Positions 28,616 to 38,541 of a stretch of DNA of 64,000 nucleotides are shown piece after piece. The notes beneath the pieces were generated by a model. It saw only the letters and a program-made list of their open reading frames with translations. It searched no databases and had not been told where the DNA came from. The first letter of the stretch is position 1, and every line of letters begins with the position of its first letter. Where the stretch lies: the NCBI GenBank assembly GCA_015062385.1, contig SUUT01000002.1, positions 72,229 to 136,228 on the forward strand, read 5' to 3'. The translations under genes were made by a program, and so were the position numbers. This stretch comes from Alphaproteobacteria bacterium. Its GTDB lineage: Bacteria; Pseudomonadota; Alphaproteobacteria; CAAHEQ01; UBA3637.

Positions 28616-29749
28616 ATGAAAAAACTCCCATTATTAACAGGTATTGCTCTTTGTGCATTTTCTGTTTCTGCTCAGGCTTTTGAAACATTGGCAAAGAATG
28701 CATTATTGATGGATGCAGATACCGGATACGTTTTGTTTGAAAAAAATGCAGATATCCCGATGCCTCCGGCTTCAATGAGCAAATTAATGACGGCATATAT
28801 GATTTTTGATGCATTGAAAAACGGTAAAATTACTTTGGATACGGAGTTTATTACATCTGAAAACGCATGGCGAAAAGGTGGTGCCAAAAGTGGTAGTTCA
28901 ACAATGTTTTTAAATATTGATGAACGTGTAAAAGTACGTGATTTATTACGAGGAATTATTGTTCAATCCGGTAATGATGCCTGTATTGTGGCGGCTGAAA
29001 ATATGGCAGGAACTGAAGAAGCTTTTGCTGAATTAATGACTGAAAAAGCAAAGGAATTAGGTTTGAAAACAGCAACCTTTAAAAATGCGACAGGGTTGCC
29101 GGATGAAAAGCATTTAATGAGTGCAAAAGATTTGGCAAAATTAGCAAAAATTTTGATTAATGAATTTCCTGAATACTATCCGATATATTCTGAAAAGGAA
29201 TTTACCCATAATGGTATTAAACAAGGGAATCGGAACCCATTGTTATATACTATGCCGGGGGCAGATGGATTAAAAACCGGTCATACAAGTCAATCCGGTT
29301 ATGGTTTAACAGCTTCAGCAAAATCACCGGATGGTCGTCGACTGATTATGGTTATTAACGGATTAGACAGTATGAAAGACCGTTCAGAAGAATCTAAAAA
29401 GCTGATGAATTGGGGAATGCTTGGATTTGAAAACAAAACACTTGTTCAACAAAATCATTTCGTTGAAGAAATACCCGTTTGGTTAGGGGAGGCAAAAACC
29501 GTAAAGGCCGTTACAAAAGATGGATATATCGCAACATTTTCAAAAGGACGTTCTGAGATGCCTAAAATGACAGTTGCTTATGATACGCCCATTCAGGCCC
29601 CCATTCAAAAAGGAGAAAAAATCGGTGTATTAAAGATTGATACAAATAGTGGGGTTACGCATGATATTGATTTAATTGCCGCCGATACAGTTGAAAAAGT
29701 AGGATATTTTGGAAAAATAAAGCACATCGTTTTATCTTTGTTTCAATAG
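28616..29749 (+). CDS. D-alanyl-D-alanine carboxypeptidase (PBP5/6)
   Basis: PASMSK, SGNDA and GLKTGHT motifs. Confidence 0.95.
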   Translation: MKKLPLLTGIALCAFSVSAQAFETLAKNALLMDADTGYVLFEKNADIPMPPASMSKLMTAYMIFDALKNGKITLDTEFITSENAWRKGGAKSGSSTMFLNIDERVKVRDLLRGIIVQSGNDACIVAAENMAGTEEAFAELMTEKAKELGLKTATFKNATGLPDEKHLMSAKDLAKLAKILINEFPEYYPIYSEKEFTHNGIKQGNRNPLLYTMPGADGLKTGHTSQSGYGLTASAKSPDGRRLIMVINGLDSMKDRSEESKKLMNWGMLGFENKTLVQQNHFVEEIPVWLGEAKTVKAVTKDGYIATFSKGRSEMPKMTVAYDTPIQAPIQKGEKIGVLKIDTNSGVTHDIDLIAADTVEKVGYFGKIKHIVLSLFQ

Positions 29750-29758
29750 GGTATTCTA

Positions 29759-30403
29759 ATGACAAAAGGTTTTTTTATCACATTTGAAGGGGGCGAGGGA
29801 GCCGGTAAAACAACGCAAATTTCTTTATTAACAAAATATTTGCGTGAACATCATTCAAAAGAAGTTGTTTGTACGCGTGAGCCGGGTGGAACAACCGGGG
29901 CAGAAGAAATTCGTGATTTACTGGTTAAAGGCGGACAGGATAGATGGGATAAATTAACGGAATTGTTGTTATTTTCGGCTGCTCGCCGAGATCATTTGGT
30001 AAAAAAAATTCTACCAACCGTTCAATCGGGAAATATTATTTTATCCGATCGTTATGCCGATAGTACAATTGCATATCAATGTTTTGGATACGGTTTTAAT
30101 GAAGCAGTTTATCACCAGGCAGAATTATTATATCAATTAATTGCTGATGATTTTTATCCGGATTTAACAATTATTTTAGATATTGATGTGAAAAAAGGTT
30201 TAGAACGCAGTAAAAAGCGGGCAGGGAATAATGAACAGCGTTTTGAGGCCATGGATTTATCCTTTCATCAAAACTTAAAAGATGGATTTTTATTTTTAAG
30301 TCGTAAATATCCACATCGTTATGCTGTTATTGATGCCAATCGTAGCATTGAAGAAATTCATCAGGATATTATTACTGTTGTACGGGAGCGACTAGGTTTA
30401 TGA
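29759..30403 (+). CDS. tmk: Thymidylate kinase
   Basis: FITFEGGEGAGKTTQ, TREPGG, DRYADSTIAYQ. Confidence 0.96.
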   Translation: MTKGFFITFEGGEGAGKTTQISLLTKYLREHHSKEVVCTREPGGTTGAEEIRDLLVKGGQDRWDKLTELLLFSAARRDHLVKKILPTVQSGNIILSDRYADSTIAYQCFGYGFNEAVYHQAELLYQLIADDFYPDLTIILDIDVKKGLERSKKRAGNNEQRFEAMDLSFHQNLKDGFLFLSRKYPHRYAVIDANRSIEEIHQDIITVVRERLGL

Positions 30404-31350
30404 CACCTAAAGAACAAATTTTATCAGTCATAAAGAAAGGCAAAATCAGTGGATCTTGGCTAATATCCGGTCCAATGGGAACAGGAAAAAAAGAATTTGC
30501 ATCATCTTTGGCTAATTTCTTAACAACGGGGGAGTGGATTGATGATCGTTCATATAATCCCAGTATTAAATGGATTGAATGCGGTTTAACCGAAGAAGCT
30601 AAAAAAGAAATCCAAAAAATGATTTTAGCCGGAAAAGAAGTAGAGGAAAATGTAAAAACACAAGCTCGAAAAAAAATTATTTCCATTGAAGATATTCGAG
30701 AAGGAATACAATTTTTATCGCTAAAACCCACCGAAAACGAATATCGAATTTTAATTGTGTCTTTGGCAGAAGATATGAATTCCAATGCAGCAAATGCACT
30801 TTTGAAAATTTTGGAAGAACCCTATCCTCGTAGCGTGTTAATATTGATTTCTCAAAATACGGGCAAGTTATTACCAACTATCGGATCCCGTTGTCGAAAA
30901 ATTGTTTTTCCTCAAAAATCATTTGAAGAAATATTTGCTTATTTGCAGGAAAAGCATCCAACTAATCAAAATAATGATTTAATTGCCGAATTGGCTGACG
31001 GTTCAATTGGCTTAGCGGATATGATTTGTGAAATAAACGGGTTAGAAATTTATCAAAAGTTAAATTCTTTTTTGCTTCCGTTGAATCAGGTAAATATAGA
31101 ACAGCTTAATCAATTTATCGAGAACATAATTAAAGATGCACAGAGCTATGAATTATTTCAAACATTTTTAATATATTATTTGCGAAAAAAAATTAAGGAT
31201 TTAGCTATTCAAAAGCATCCGAAAGGAGAAGTTTTATTAGATATAATGAGTGATGTGCAAAATTTATTTAATAAAATTGACAAACTAAATTTAGATAAAA
31301 AACAATCACTTATGAATATTGTTTTGCGTATTGCCGGAGAAATTGAATGA
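30400..31350 (+). CDS. holB: DNA polymerase III subunit delta'
   Basis: GPMGTGK, NAANALLKILEEP, LLPTIGSRC; follows tmk. Confidence 0.9.
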   Translation: MTPKEQILSVIKKGKISGSWLISGPMGTGKKEFASSLANFLTTGEWIDDRSYNPSIKWIECGLTEEAKKEIQKMILAGKEVEENVKTQARKKIISIEDIREGIQFLSLKPTENEYRILIVSLAEDMNSNAANALLKILEEPYPRSVLILISQNTGKLLPTIGSRCRKIVFPQKSFEEIFAYLQEKHPTNQNNDLIAELADGSIGLADMICEINGLEIYQKLNSFLLPLNQVNIEQLNQFIENIIKDAQSYELFQTFLIYYLRKKIKDLAIQKHPKGEVLLDIMSDVQNLFNKIDKLNLDKKQSLMNIVLRIAGEIE

Positions 31351-32120
31351 TTGACAGTCATTGCCATATCGGAATAGGAGAAGAAGCAGAGAAGGGGATA
31401 CCGCTATCTGAAACTTTAAACCGGGCAAAAAATGCCGGTATTTCTCATATTTTAACCGTTGCTTGTTCATTTGATGACATCGATGACTTAAAAGCGATGT
31501 TGACATTTCAAAATGTATATGGAGCATTTGGAATTCATCCGGAAAACTGTTTGAATTTCAGTAGAGAAGGTATATTTGAAGTTTTCGAAGAATTACCAGA
31601 ATTAATTGCTTTGGGAGAAATCGGTTTAGATTATTTTTATGAACCGGAAACACGCCCAAAACAAATACATGCATTTGAAAATCAAATTGAAATTGCAGAC
31701 CGATTAAATTTACCGATTATCATTCATACCCGTGATGCAGAAGATGATACAATCAGTATTTTAAAAAGTGCAAAAAATGGAGGCTTGTTAAAAAAATCAG
31801 GTGTGTTGCATTGTTTTACAGGCACACAACGATTGGCTGACTTTGCATTGGATATGGATTTATATATTTCTGCTTCCGGTATTATCACATTTAAAAATGC
31901 ACAATCATTGCGAGATATATTTCAACGCATACCATCAAATAGACTGTTGATTGAAACGGATTCACCTTATTTAGCTCCGGTACCGTATAGAGGAAAAGTA
32001 AATGAACCGGCATATGTGATTGAAACGGCAAAATGTTTGGCAGATATAAAGTCATTGAATTATGCAGACCTAGAAAAAATAACAACCGAAAATTTTAATC
32101 GTTTATTTATAGAGAGATAA
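31347..32120 (+). CDS. TatD family deoxyribonuclease
   Basis: DSHCH, GIHP, GEIGLDY, HTRDAE, LHCF, ETDSPYLAP. Confidence 0.95.
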   Translation: MIDSHCHIGIGEEAEKGIPLSETLNRAKNAGISHILTVACSFDDIDDLKAMLTFQNVYGAFGIHPENCLNFSREGIFEVFEELPELIALGEIGLDYFYEPETRPKQIHAFENQIEIADRLNLPIIIHTRDAEDDTISILKSAKNGGLLKKSGVLHCFTGTQRLADFALDMDLYISASGIITFKNAQSLRDIFQRIPSNRLLIETDSPYLAPVPYRGKVNEPAYVIETAKCLADIKSLNYADLEKITTENFNRLFIER

Positions 32121-32125
32121 GAAAA

Positions 32126-32887
32126 ATGAAAATACGAATTTTAGGTTGCGGTCCGTCACAAGGAATTCCCTCAATTTCCAGAGGGTTTGGGTTGTGTGAT
32201 GAGAATAATCCTAAGAATATTCGTACTCGAACATCTGCATTGATTTATACGAATGATAATCAGAATATATTGATAGATACCTCTCCTGAAATTCGTATTC
32301 AGTTATTACGGGCAGGGATGCCTAAAATTGATGCAATCTTATATACACATGCCCATTATGATCATATGGGAGGGGCTAATGATTTATATGCTTGGGCTAT
32401 GGATAAAAAAATAACGCTTCCGATTTATTTGACATTACAAGATGCTGAAAGATTTAAGCAACAAATGGAGTATGTTTTCAAAACACCGGAAACGCAAACT
32501 GCATTTCAATTAAATATTATTGAACCATTTAAACCATTTTATGTTGGAAATACTAAAATTTTACCGATACGACAATATCACGGTGATGTCATAACAATTG
32601 GGTATCGGATTAAGGATTTTGCGTATTCCACTGATTTAAAGTCAATGGATAAAGAAGGATTTGAAGCTTTAAAAGGAATAAAAACTTGGATAATGGGCGT
32701 TATAACACCGCGTGAGAGTTATAAACACATTCATATTATAGAAGCGTTAAACTGGATAAAAAAAATTAAACCGGAAAGAGTTTATTTTACACATATGGGA
32801 CAAAGAATGGATTATGACTCGTTATGCCATGAATTGCCTGAATCTATTCGTCCTGCTTATGATAATCTGTTAATTTCTTTAGATTAA
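32126..32887 (+). CDS. MBL-fold metallo-hydrolase (PhnP-like)
   Basis: ILGCG, THAHYDHMGG, THM, AYD. Confidence 0.9.
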   Translation: MKIRILGCGPSQGIPSISRGFGLCDENNPKNIRTRTSALIYTNDNQNILIDTSPEIRIQLLRAGMPKIDAILYTHAHYDHMGGANDLYAWAMDKKITLPIYLTLQDAERFKQQMEYVFKTPETQTAFQLNIIEPFKPFYVGNTKILPIRQYHGDVITIGYRIKDFAYSTDLKSMDKEGFEALKGIKTWIMGVITPRESYKHIHIIEALNWIKKIKPERVYFTHMGQRMDYDSLCHELPESIRPAYDNLLISLD

Positions 32888-33354
32888 AAAAGAGCCTGTT
32901 TTTAGAATTTTTCTTTTGTTATAAATTAGTTATTTGTATATTTACCAAAGACTGATAACGATTTAGAGCGAAATTTTCAATCAGAATTAACCTTTGGCAT
33001 ACTTGCTGTTTTTAAAATTCACAAAATGAATGAAGGTAAATTTCTAAAGCAGAGAAAACAGATAAAAAATATTCATTCAGATTTACGAAATGTTAAGCAT
33101 TAGAAAAAAATCTCAACACTGGGAAATTAAGAGAAAACCAGAGAAAAATCCTGTTTGAAAGTTATAAATATAATTTAATATTTGTTTCTCTATGTGTCTA
33201 CACTTATTTTTTTTAGTAAAGATATTTTACACAAATAATGTTTTTAAATATCTTATAAAAAATAATTTTATTTTTAATTTCAAAATTTAATAAAATAAAG
33301 TTTTTGAAAGACGTTATAATTATGAGATTTATTTTGATTTAATTTTTACCCATT

Positions 33355-33382
33355 ACTATACATAATATAAATTATGCGACAA
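33355..33382 (-). other. Putative dif site (XerC/XerD chromosome dimer resolution)
   Basis: Minus strand TTGTCGCATAA-TTTATA-TTATGTATAGT; 20/28 identical to E. coli dif GGTGCGCATAA-TGTATA-TTATGTTAAAT. Lies in a 1.3-kb gene-free region between convergent genes. Confidence 0.8.
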
Positions 33383-34175
33383 ATTACTACATAAAAAAAC
33401 AGATAAAAACATTAAAAATCATAATATTGCAAAAAATGTGGATAACTCTGTTTATAAATTAATTTTTAAAATCATCAGGTTTGTTTTCTAAATATTTTTG
33501 AAATATTTTTTATTCAAAACAATTTGAATGAATGAAAATTTTATTAAATCAATCCTTAAATCAGGTTTCTTTTATTAGAAATTTACATGGTATTTTTTTC
33601 TCTGACTTATTTTAAAGACTTATTATTTGTATTCTTTTACACACATTTTAGTAATTTTTAGATATTATAAAGTTGAACTAAAATTTAATATATCTTCAAT
33701 CATCAATTTACCGCTTCTTGTTTTTGTTTTCTGTATTTTAATTTGATAATACTACCTCATAAATTGATGGTATTGTAAATTCATATAAGAATGGTGAGAT
33801 TCTCGGCAATGTTTTGTTTGAAAATCCGAATGACTAATGACTTATGTCTATTCCCTTCTCTAAATAAATATTATTATAAATGAACTGAAAGGATTAAGAG
33901 GGTAGCTTTATAGTATTTATTGATAAAAATATTCGGTATTTCCAGAAATTGCCCTGCAATTAGCTTCAAGAAGCATTTCAAAATTCTTACAAAATATCAT
34001 ATTTTCTTTTTGTTTTCATATATTAAATTGATTTTTTAGAAATTTTCAGATAAAATCTAAAAGAAATTTTCAGTATAAAACTAATATCAGGACGTTTGTG
34101 TTCCCCAAAATCTTTATTTTATAATATACGAGGAGGAGAGTTTGTGCCCCTCCTCTTTGTCATTTATAAAATTAT

Positions 34176-36389
34176 TTAATCTATAACACAAAGTGCAGGA
34201 TAGGAATTTGTCGTATAAGTACCATCTATATTGCCGAATTCCAGTCCTACCTGATATACTTCGCAAGATGTATATACTTTATCAAGCCAGTAAAAATCAT
34301 CTCCAACTTTACCAAAGGCTTCCCATAATCCGGTTACAATTTTTGATATATTATCCTTAACATATGCGTTTGATCCAATTGCTTTATAATGACAATATCC
34401 CCATCGACCTAACCCGTCCATGCAATGCATATCATTTGAACCGGCAACTCGTCCGCCAATAGCTTCACAAAAACGATTAGCACTCCACCAAGTCATTTCT
34501 AAATTTGGAGTTCCATAAAAAGTTTTTGTTCCCGTCACTTCTCTGCCATAACCGTCATAGTGGGTCCAGTTGATAGTTGCTTGAATTGCATCATCTTTTG
34601 CTACACGACAAATTCCCGTATCAATAAAAGGTCCTTCAAATTCTATACCACAAGCATATCCCTTCTTTTGATAGCAATAATATCCGTATTTTCCGTCTTT
34701 GTTACAATCGGCATTTGTTGTGCAATATTCAACACATTCTTTTCCATTCCAACGTGTTCCGTCCAAGCAAGGTACACACACATTCATTTTTAAATCACAG
34801 GTTGGTTTTGTTTCATCTATACAATGAGTATTATTTAAGCATTCGGAACACAAACCCGTATCGGCACAATATAAACCCATATCACAATCATCATTTGTTT
34901 CACAAGATGAACAAGTTCCGTTTTTACAAATATTTTTACCAATTATTTCAGTGCAATCATCATGAGATAAACACAATACTTGTTCTTCAGGTTCAATCCC
35001 TTCAATAATCGCATCATCAACACATAAAGCATAATATCCCTCTTCCAGAATTTCTCCATCTATATTTCCGTATTCCAAACCGATACCATATCCGGAACAC
35101 TCATCAATAATATTAGAAAACCAATACCAACCACCATTTAATGCGGTTTTTAATTTTGTTACAACTGTTGAAATATTACCATCTTGCCAAGCATTTGATC
35201 CGATATATTTTTTATGACAATAGCCCCAACTTCCCACATTATCTGCACATTGAAAATCTGTTGTGGTCACTTGTCTTTTTCCAATGCTTTTACAAAAACG
35301 ATTGGCACTATGCCAAGTCATTTCTAACTCCGGAACGGCATAAAAATTTGTTGTTCCATATGTTATTAAGCCTTTTGAGTCTGTTTTGTTCCATTTAACA
35401 GTTACTTTTTTCATATCATCTTCTGCAAAATGGCATTCTCCTTTATCTTCACGAGGTCCATAAAATTCATATCCGGAACAAGCATATCCTAGTGCATTAT
35501 AACAGTAATAACCTGTTCTGCCGTTTTTGTTACACTCCTCATTTGTTTTGCAAGGTAAAACACACCGTTTTCCATTCCATTTTTCTCCATTCGGACAAGG
35601 TTCACACGTACTTGTTTTTGTATCGCAATAAGGTTTAGAGGCATCTTTACAATCTGCATAACTTTGACACTCTACACATCCTTCCGCTGTTTCAATAGGT
35701 GTTTGACGTGGACATTGACATATGTTATCAATCCATTCTTTGGGCGGATAACACCACTCACAATTGTCCCCAAATTCATATTCATGCCGACAAACACATC
35801 CGTATGTCCCATCATCTTTTTGTCGCCATGCCATTTTGTCCGGACAAGATTGTGGTTCACTGCTTGGATTGTCATCCGGCATATCCGAACCACCGCTTCC
35901 GCCATTTCCACCACTACTTCCCCCATCAAAGTGAGAACCGGATTCAACAGTCGGAGTTGCATTAAAGGAAAACACCATATTTGTTTTGCTGTTTGGGTTT
36001 CCGCACATTCTTGTTAAAATAGAAATACCCATCTCATTTAAAATGCTTTCTCTTTGCAGGAGTTTTTCACAAACTTTATAAACCACTTTAAATGCTGTTA
36101 CTTGATAATTACCATCAACGAGCTTGACCATAGATTTTTTATCATCCGGTGTATATTCAGGTAGGGCAGATTTTAAAAACCGATTAACCTCCAATGCATG
36201 AGAAGCCCGAGAATCCGTTTGAGCCAATGTTTTAGCCTTGCCAAGAACATCTTGAATTTTACCGGATTGATAGGCTGTTAAGGCATATTGATACATACCG
36301 ACACCGGCAACGGACAAAACGCCGATAATTGCCAATACACCTAGCATTTCTACCATACTCCGACCGGTTTCATTGATTTTGATTTGCAT
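34176..36389 (-). CDS. Type IV pilin-like N-terminus, Cys-rich stalk, two tandem C-type-lectin-like domains
   Basis: TG|RSMVEMLGVLAIIGVLSV; duplicated module with EMTW(H/W)SANRFC...Y(Y/P)ALCV resembling the DGR target. Confidence 0.85.
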   Translation of the reverse strand: MQIKINETGRSMVEMLGVLAIIGVLSVAGVGMYQYALTAYQSGKIQDVLGKAKTLAQTDSRASHALEVNRFLKSALPEYTPDDKKSMVKLVDGNYQVTAFKVVYKVCEKLLQRESILNEMGISILTRMCGNPNSKTNMVFSFNATPTVESGSHFDGGSSGGNGGSGGSDMPDDNPSSEPQSCPDKMAWRQKDDGTYGCVCRHEYEFGDNCEWCYPPKEWIDNICQCPRQTPIETAEGCVECQSYADCKDASKPYCDTKTSTCEPCPNGEKWNGKRCVLPCKTNEECNKNGRTGYYCYNALGYACSGYEFYGPREDKGECHFAEDDMKKVTVKWNKTDSKGLITYGTTNFYAVPELEMTWHSANRFCKSIGKRQVTTTDFQCADNVGSWGYCHKKYIGSNAWQDGNISTVVTKLKTALNGGWYWFSNIIDECSGYGIGLEYGNIDGEILEEGYYALCVDDAIIEGIEPEEQVLCLSHDDCTEIIGKNICKNGTCSSCETNDDCDMGLYCADTGLCSECLNNTHCIDETKPTCDLKMNVCVPCLDGTRWNGKECVEYCTTNADCNKDGKYGYYCYQKKGYACGIEFEGPFIDTGICRVAKDDAIQATINWTHYDGYGREVTGTKTFYGTPNLEMTWWSANRFCEAIGGRVAGSNDMHCMDGLGRWGYCHYKAIGSNAYVKDNISKIVTGLWEAFGKVGDDFYWLDKVYTSCEVYQVGLEFGNIDGTYTTNSYPALCVID

Positions 36390-36427
36390 GTTTTCTCCTC
36401 ACTTCATAAAGTTGCATTTATAAAGTG

Positions 36428-36586
36428 AGTATAAAAAAAGGGACCTTTTTTTCCCGCTTCGAATCGGCAAAATCGGATTTTGTAAAAAATAAAAGATTAT
36501 TGTTTGAGTTGAATAAGTTATCTAAAATCAAAAAAAATGCCAAAATGTGAAAAAAAGTGTTGCATTTATACGTCCCTTTTATTGCA
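36428..36586. promoter_or_regulatory. Putative invertible promoter, copy 3 (OFF)
   Basis: IR AAAAGGGAC (36436-36444) / GTCCCTTTT (36572-36580). Interior 36445-36571 = 127 bp, the reverse-complement homolog of copy 1. Inversion gives TTGCAT-17-TATACT toward the pilin gene. Confidence 0.87.
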
Positions 36587-36670
36587 GATAGATATTCTTA
36601 CATTAAGATATTACTTCTTTATAGATATTCCCCACCAAACCGGGGGTTGTCTGTAAGGCATTAATACAAC

Positions 36671-36696
36671 ACCAGCGACTATAAAAAGTCGCTGGT
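36671..36696. terminator. Hairpin terminator after trxA
   Basis: ACCAGCGACT-ataaaa-AGTCGCTGGT. Confidence 0.7.
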
Positions 36697-36728
36697 GGGT
36701 ATAAGAAAATTTTATCAGGAAAAACAAA

Positions 36729-37037
36729 TTATGCGGTAAACCAATTTGCCAATTCGGTTTTTGTTTGAGCTCCTGTTTTTTTATCTACTAATTCCCCGTT
36801 TTTAAACATTAAAAATGCCGGAATGCTTTGAATATTATAAAGTTCCGGTGTGTGGGGGGCTTCATCTACATCCATTTTTACAATTTTAACTTTATCGGCA
36901 TATTCTTGTGATAATTCGTCCATAATCGGCAACATTTGTCTGCATGGACCACACCATGTTGCAAAGAAATCCACAACGACAGGTTTGTCGGATTCTAACA
37001 CTTCTGATTTAAAGTTATCATCATTAATTTGTTGCAT
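36729..37037 (-). CDS. trxA: Thioredoxin
   Basis: VVDFFATWCGPC. Confidence 0.96.
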   Translation of the reverse strand: MQQINDDNFKSEVLESDKPVVVDFFATWCGPCRQMLPIMDELSQEYADKVKIVKMDVDEAPHTPELYNIQSIPAFLMFKNGELVDKKTGAQTKTELANWFTA

Positions 37038-37108
37038 AAGTTTCTCCTTTTTGTTTGTGTTGTTTTTTTTATTTATATATATTTTTTAATTTGTTTGTCA
37101 AGCATGAT

Positions 37109-38140
37109 TTACAAACTTTCCAATGGCCAACGGGGACGAGCTTTAAAATCAAAACCATCTGATATCCCCAACAAATGCCTTTCCATGCCGGCCCAAGCAA
37201 TCATAACACCATTATCCGTACATAAATTGACGGGTGGAGCCGAAAAAATCAATCCGTTTTTTTGTGCTTTTTCTTCCAACATTTTACGAACACTTAAATT
37301 AGCAGCGACACCTCCGGCGACAACCAAATCTTTGGCGGTTGGGTATAAGGATTTGAACATGTCAATACCATGATCTAATCTGTCAGACATTTGTTTAATA
37401 ACTGCTTGCTGAAAAGCCGCACAAATATCTTGTTTGATTGCCTCTGTTAAATTCGATTGTTTTTCAATACATACCCGAACAGCTGTTTTTAATCCGGAAA
37501 ATGAAAAATCACACCCTACCCGTCCTTTCATTGGTACCGGAAACTGAAATGCTTTCGGATTTCCTTTTTTTGCCCATAATTCTACATTGGGACCTCCGGG
37601 GTAACCAACTTCAAGCATTTTGGCCACCTTGTCAAATGCTTCACCGGCAGAATCATCAATCGTACCACCTAATTTTTTATATTTTCCAACCCCCTCTACA
37701 ATGAGTAATTGGCAATGTCCACCGGATGTTAACAACAATAAATACGGAAATTTTACCGGATTTGAGAGCCTTGCCGTTAAAGCATGCCCCTCTAAATGAT
37801 TAACGGCAATAAACGGTAATTGACGTGCCCAAGCAATTGCTTTTGCGGTCATAACGCCAACCAAAACGCCACCGATAAGACCTGGTCCACCTGCAACGGC
37901 AACAGCAGATAAATCATCATACGTTTTGCCGGCTTTTTTCATAGCTTCTTTAATTAAAACAATACATTTTTCCAAATGTGCTCTTGCGGCAATTTCCGGA
38001 ACAACCCCCCCGAATTGTCGATGTTCGTCATATTGTGACCAAACAACGGATGATAAAATTTCTTTCTTATCATTAACCAAGGCACAGGCTGTTTCATCAC
38101 AACTGCTTTCAATACCTAGAACAATTTTTTCTTTTGTCAT
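37109..38140 (-). CDS. tsaD: tRNA N6-adenosine threonylcarbamoyltransferase
   Basis: LGIESSCDET, GGVVPEIAARAH, NHLEGH, GEAFDKVAK, CTDNGVMIAW; start MTKEK at 38140. Confidence 0.97.
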   Translation of the reverse strand: MTKEKIVLGIESSCDETACALVNDKKEILSSVVWSQYDEHRQFGGVVPEIAARAHLEKCIVLIKEAMKKAGKTYDDLSAVAVAGGPGLIGGVLVGVMTAKAIAWARQLPFIAVNHLEGHALTARLSNPVKFPYLLLLTSGGHCQLLIVEGVGKYKKLGGTIDDSAGEAFDKVAKMLEVGYPGGPNVELWAKKGNPKAFQFPVPMKGRVGCDFSFSGLKTAVRVCIEKQSNLTEAIKQDICAAFQQAVIKQMSDRLDHGIDMFKSLYPTAKDLVVAGGVAANLSVRKMLEEKAQKNGLIFSAPPVNLCTDNGVMIAWAGMERHLLGISDGFDFKARPRWPLESL

Positions 38141-38532
38141 TTTTGTTTGTTCCTTTTTAATGTTATTTGTAAAACACCACCGCTGTTTATCCACTTCGTT
38201 TCCCTGATTTTGTGTGAAAAAACAGGTGTTTCCAACCATAATTCAATTTCACTCTTAATTTTGCCGAGTTGATTAATACCTTTTCCTGTTATGATTTTTA
38301 TTTGTTTGGATTCTTTTTTATAGTGTAAATCAATAAAACTTTTAACGGCATTATACGCTTCTTCCAAGGTATAACCATGCAAATCCAACTCAAACAATAA
38401 TTCTCTTTTAGGTACACGGTATACGTGTATTTGAGGTGGAAATTCTCGCGGATGCTTGTCTGTTTTTCCCGAAAGCGGTTTTACGGTTTGGGTAAACTGA
38501 TTCCAAACATCTGTGTCTGTTGTTTGTTTCAT
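38137..38532 (-). CDS. Smr domain protein
   Basis: LDLHG...IITGKG. Confidence 0.9.
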   Translation of the reverse strand: MKQTTDTDVWNQFTQTVKPLSGKTDKHPREFPPQIHVYRVPKRELLFELDLHGYTLEEAYNAVKSFIDLHYKKESKQIKIITGKGINQLGKIKSEIELWLETPVFSHKIRETKWINSGGVLQITLKRNKQK

Positions 38533-38541
38533 TTGTATGCC

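Noticed and set aside
31340-31350. metG absent between holB and tatD
   Set aside because: Simple gene relocation relative to the usual alphaproteobacterial order; the genes overlap cleanly (ATGA) with no scar.
33200-33650. Replication origin (DnaA boxes in AT-rich region)
   Set aside because: Only one perfect box. Convergent flanking genes and a dif-like site favour the terminus, although GC skew was not computed.
34176-34270. Second active VR for this TR at the pilin 3' end
   Set aside because: Many non-adenine differences from TR and no CCCCGC IMH after the stop.
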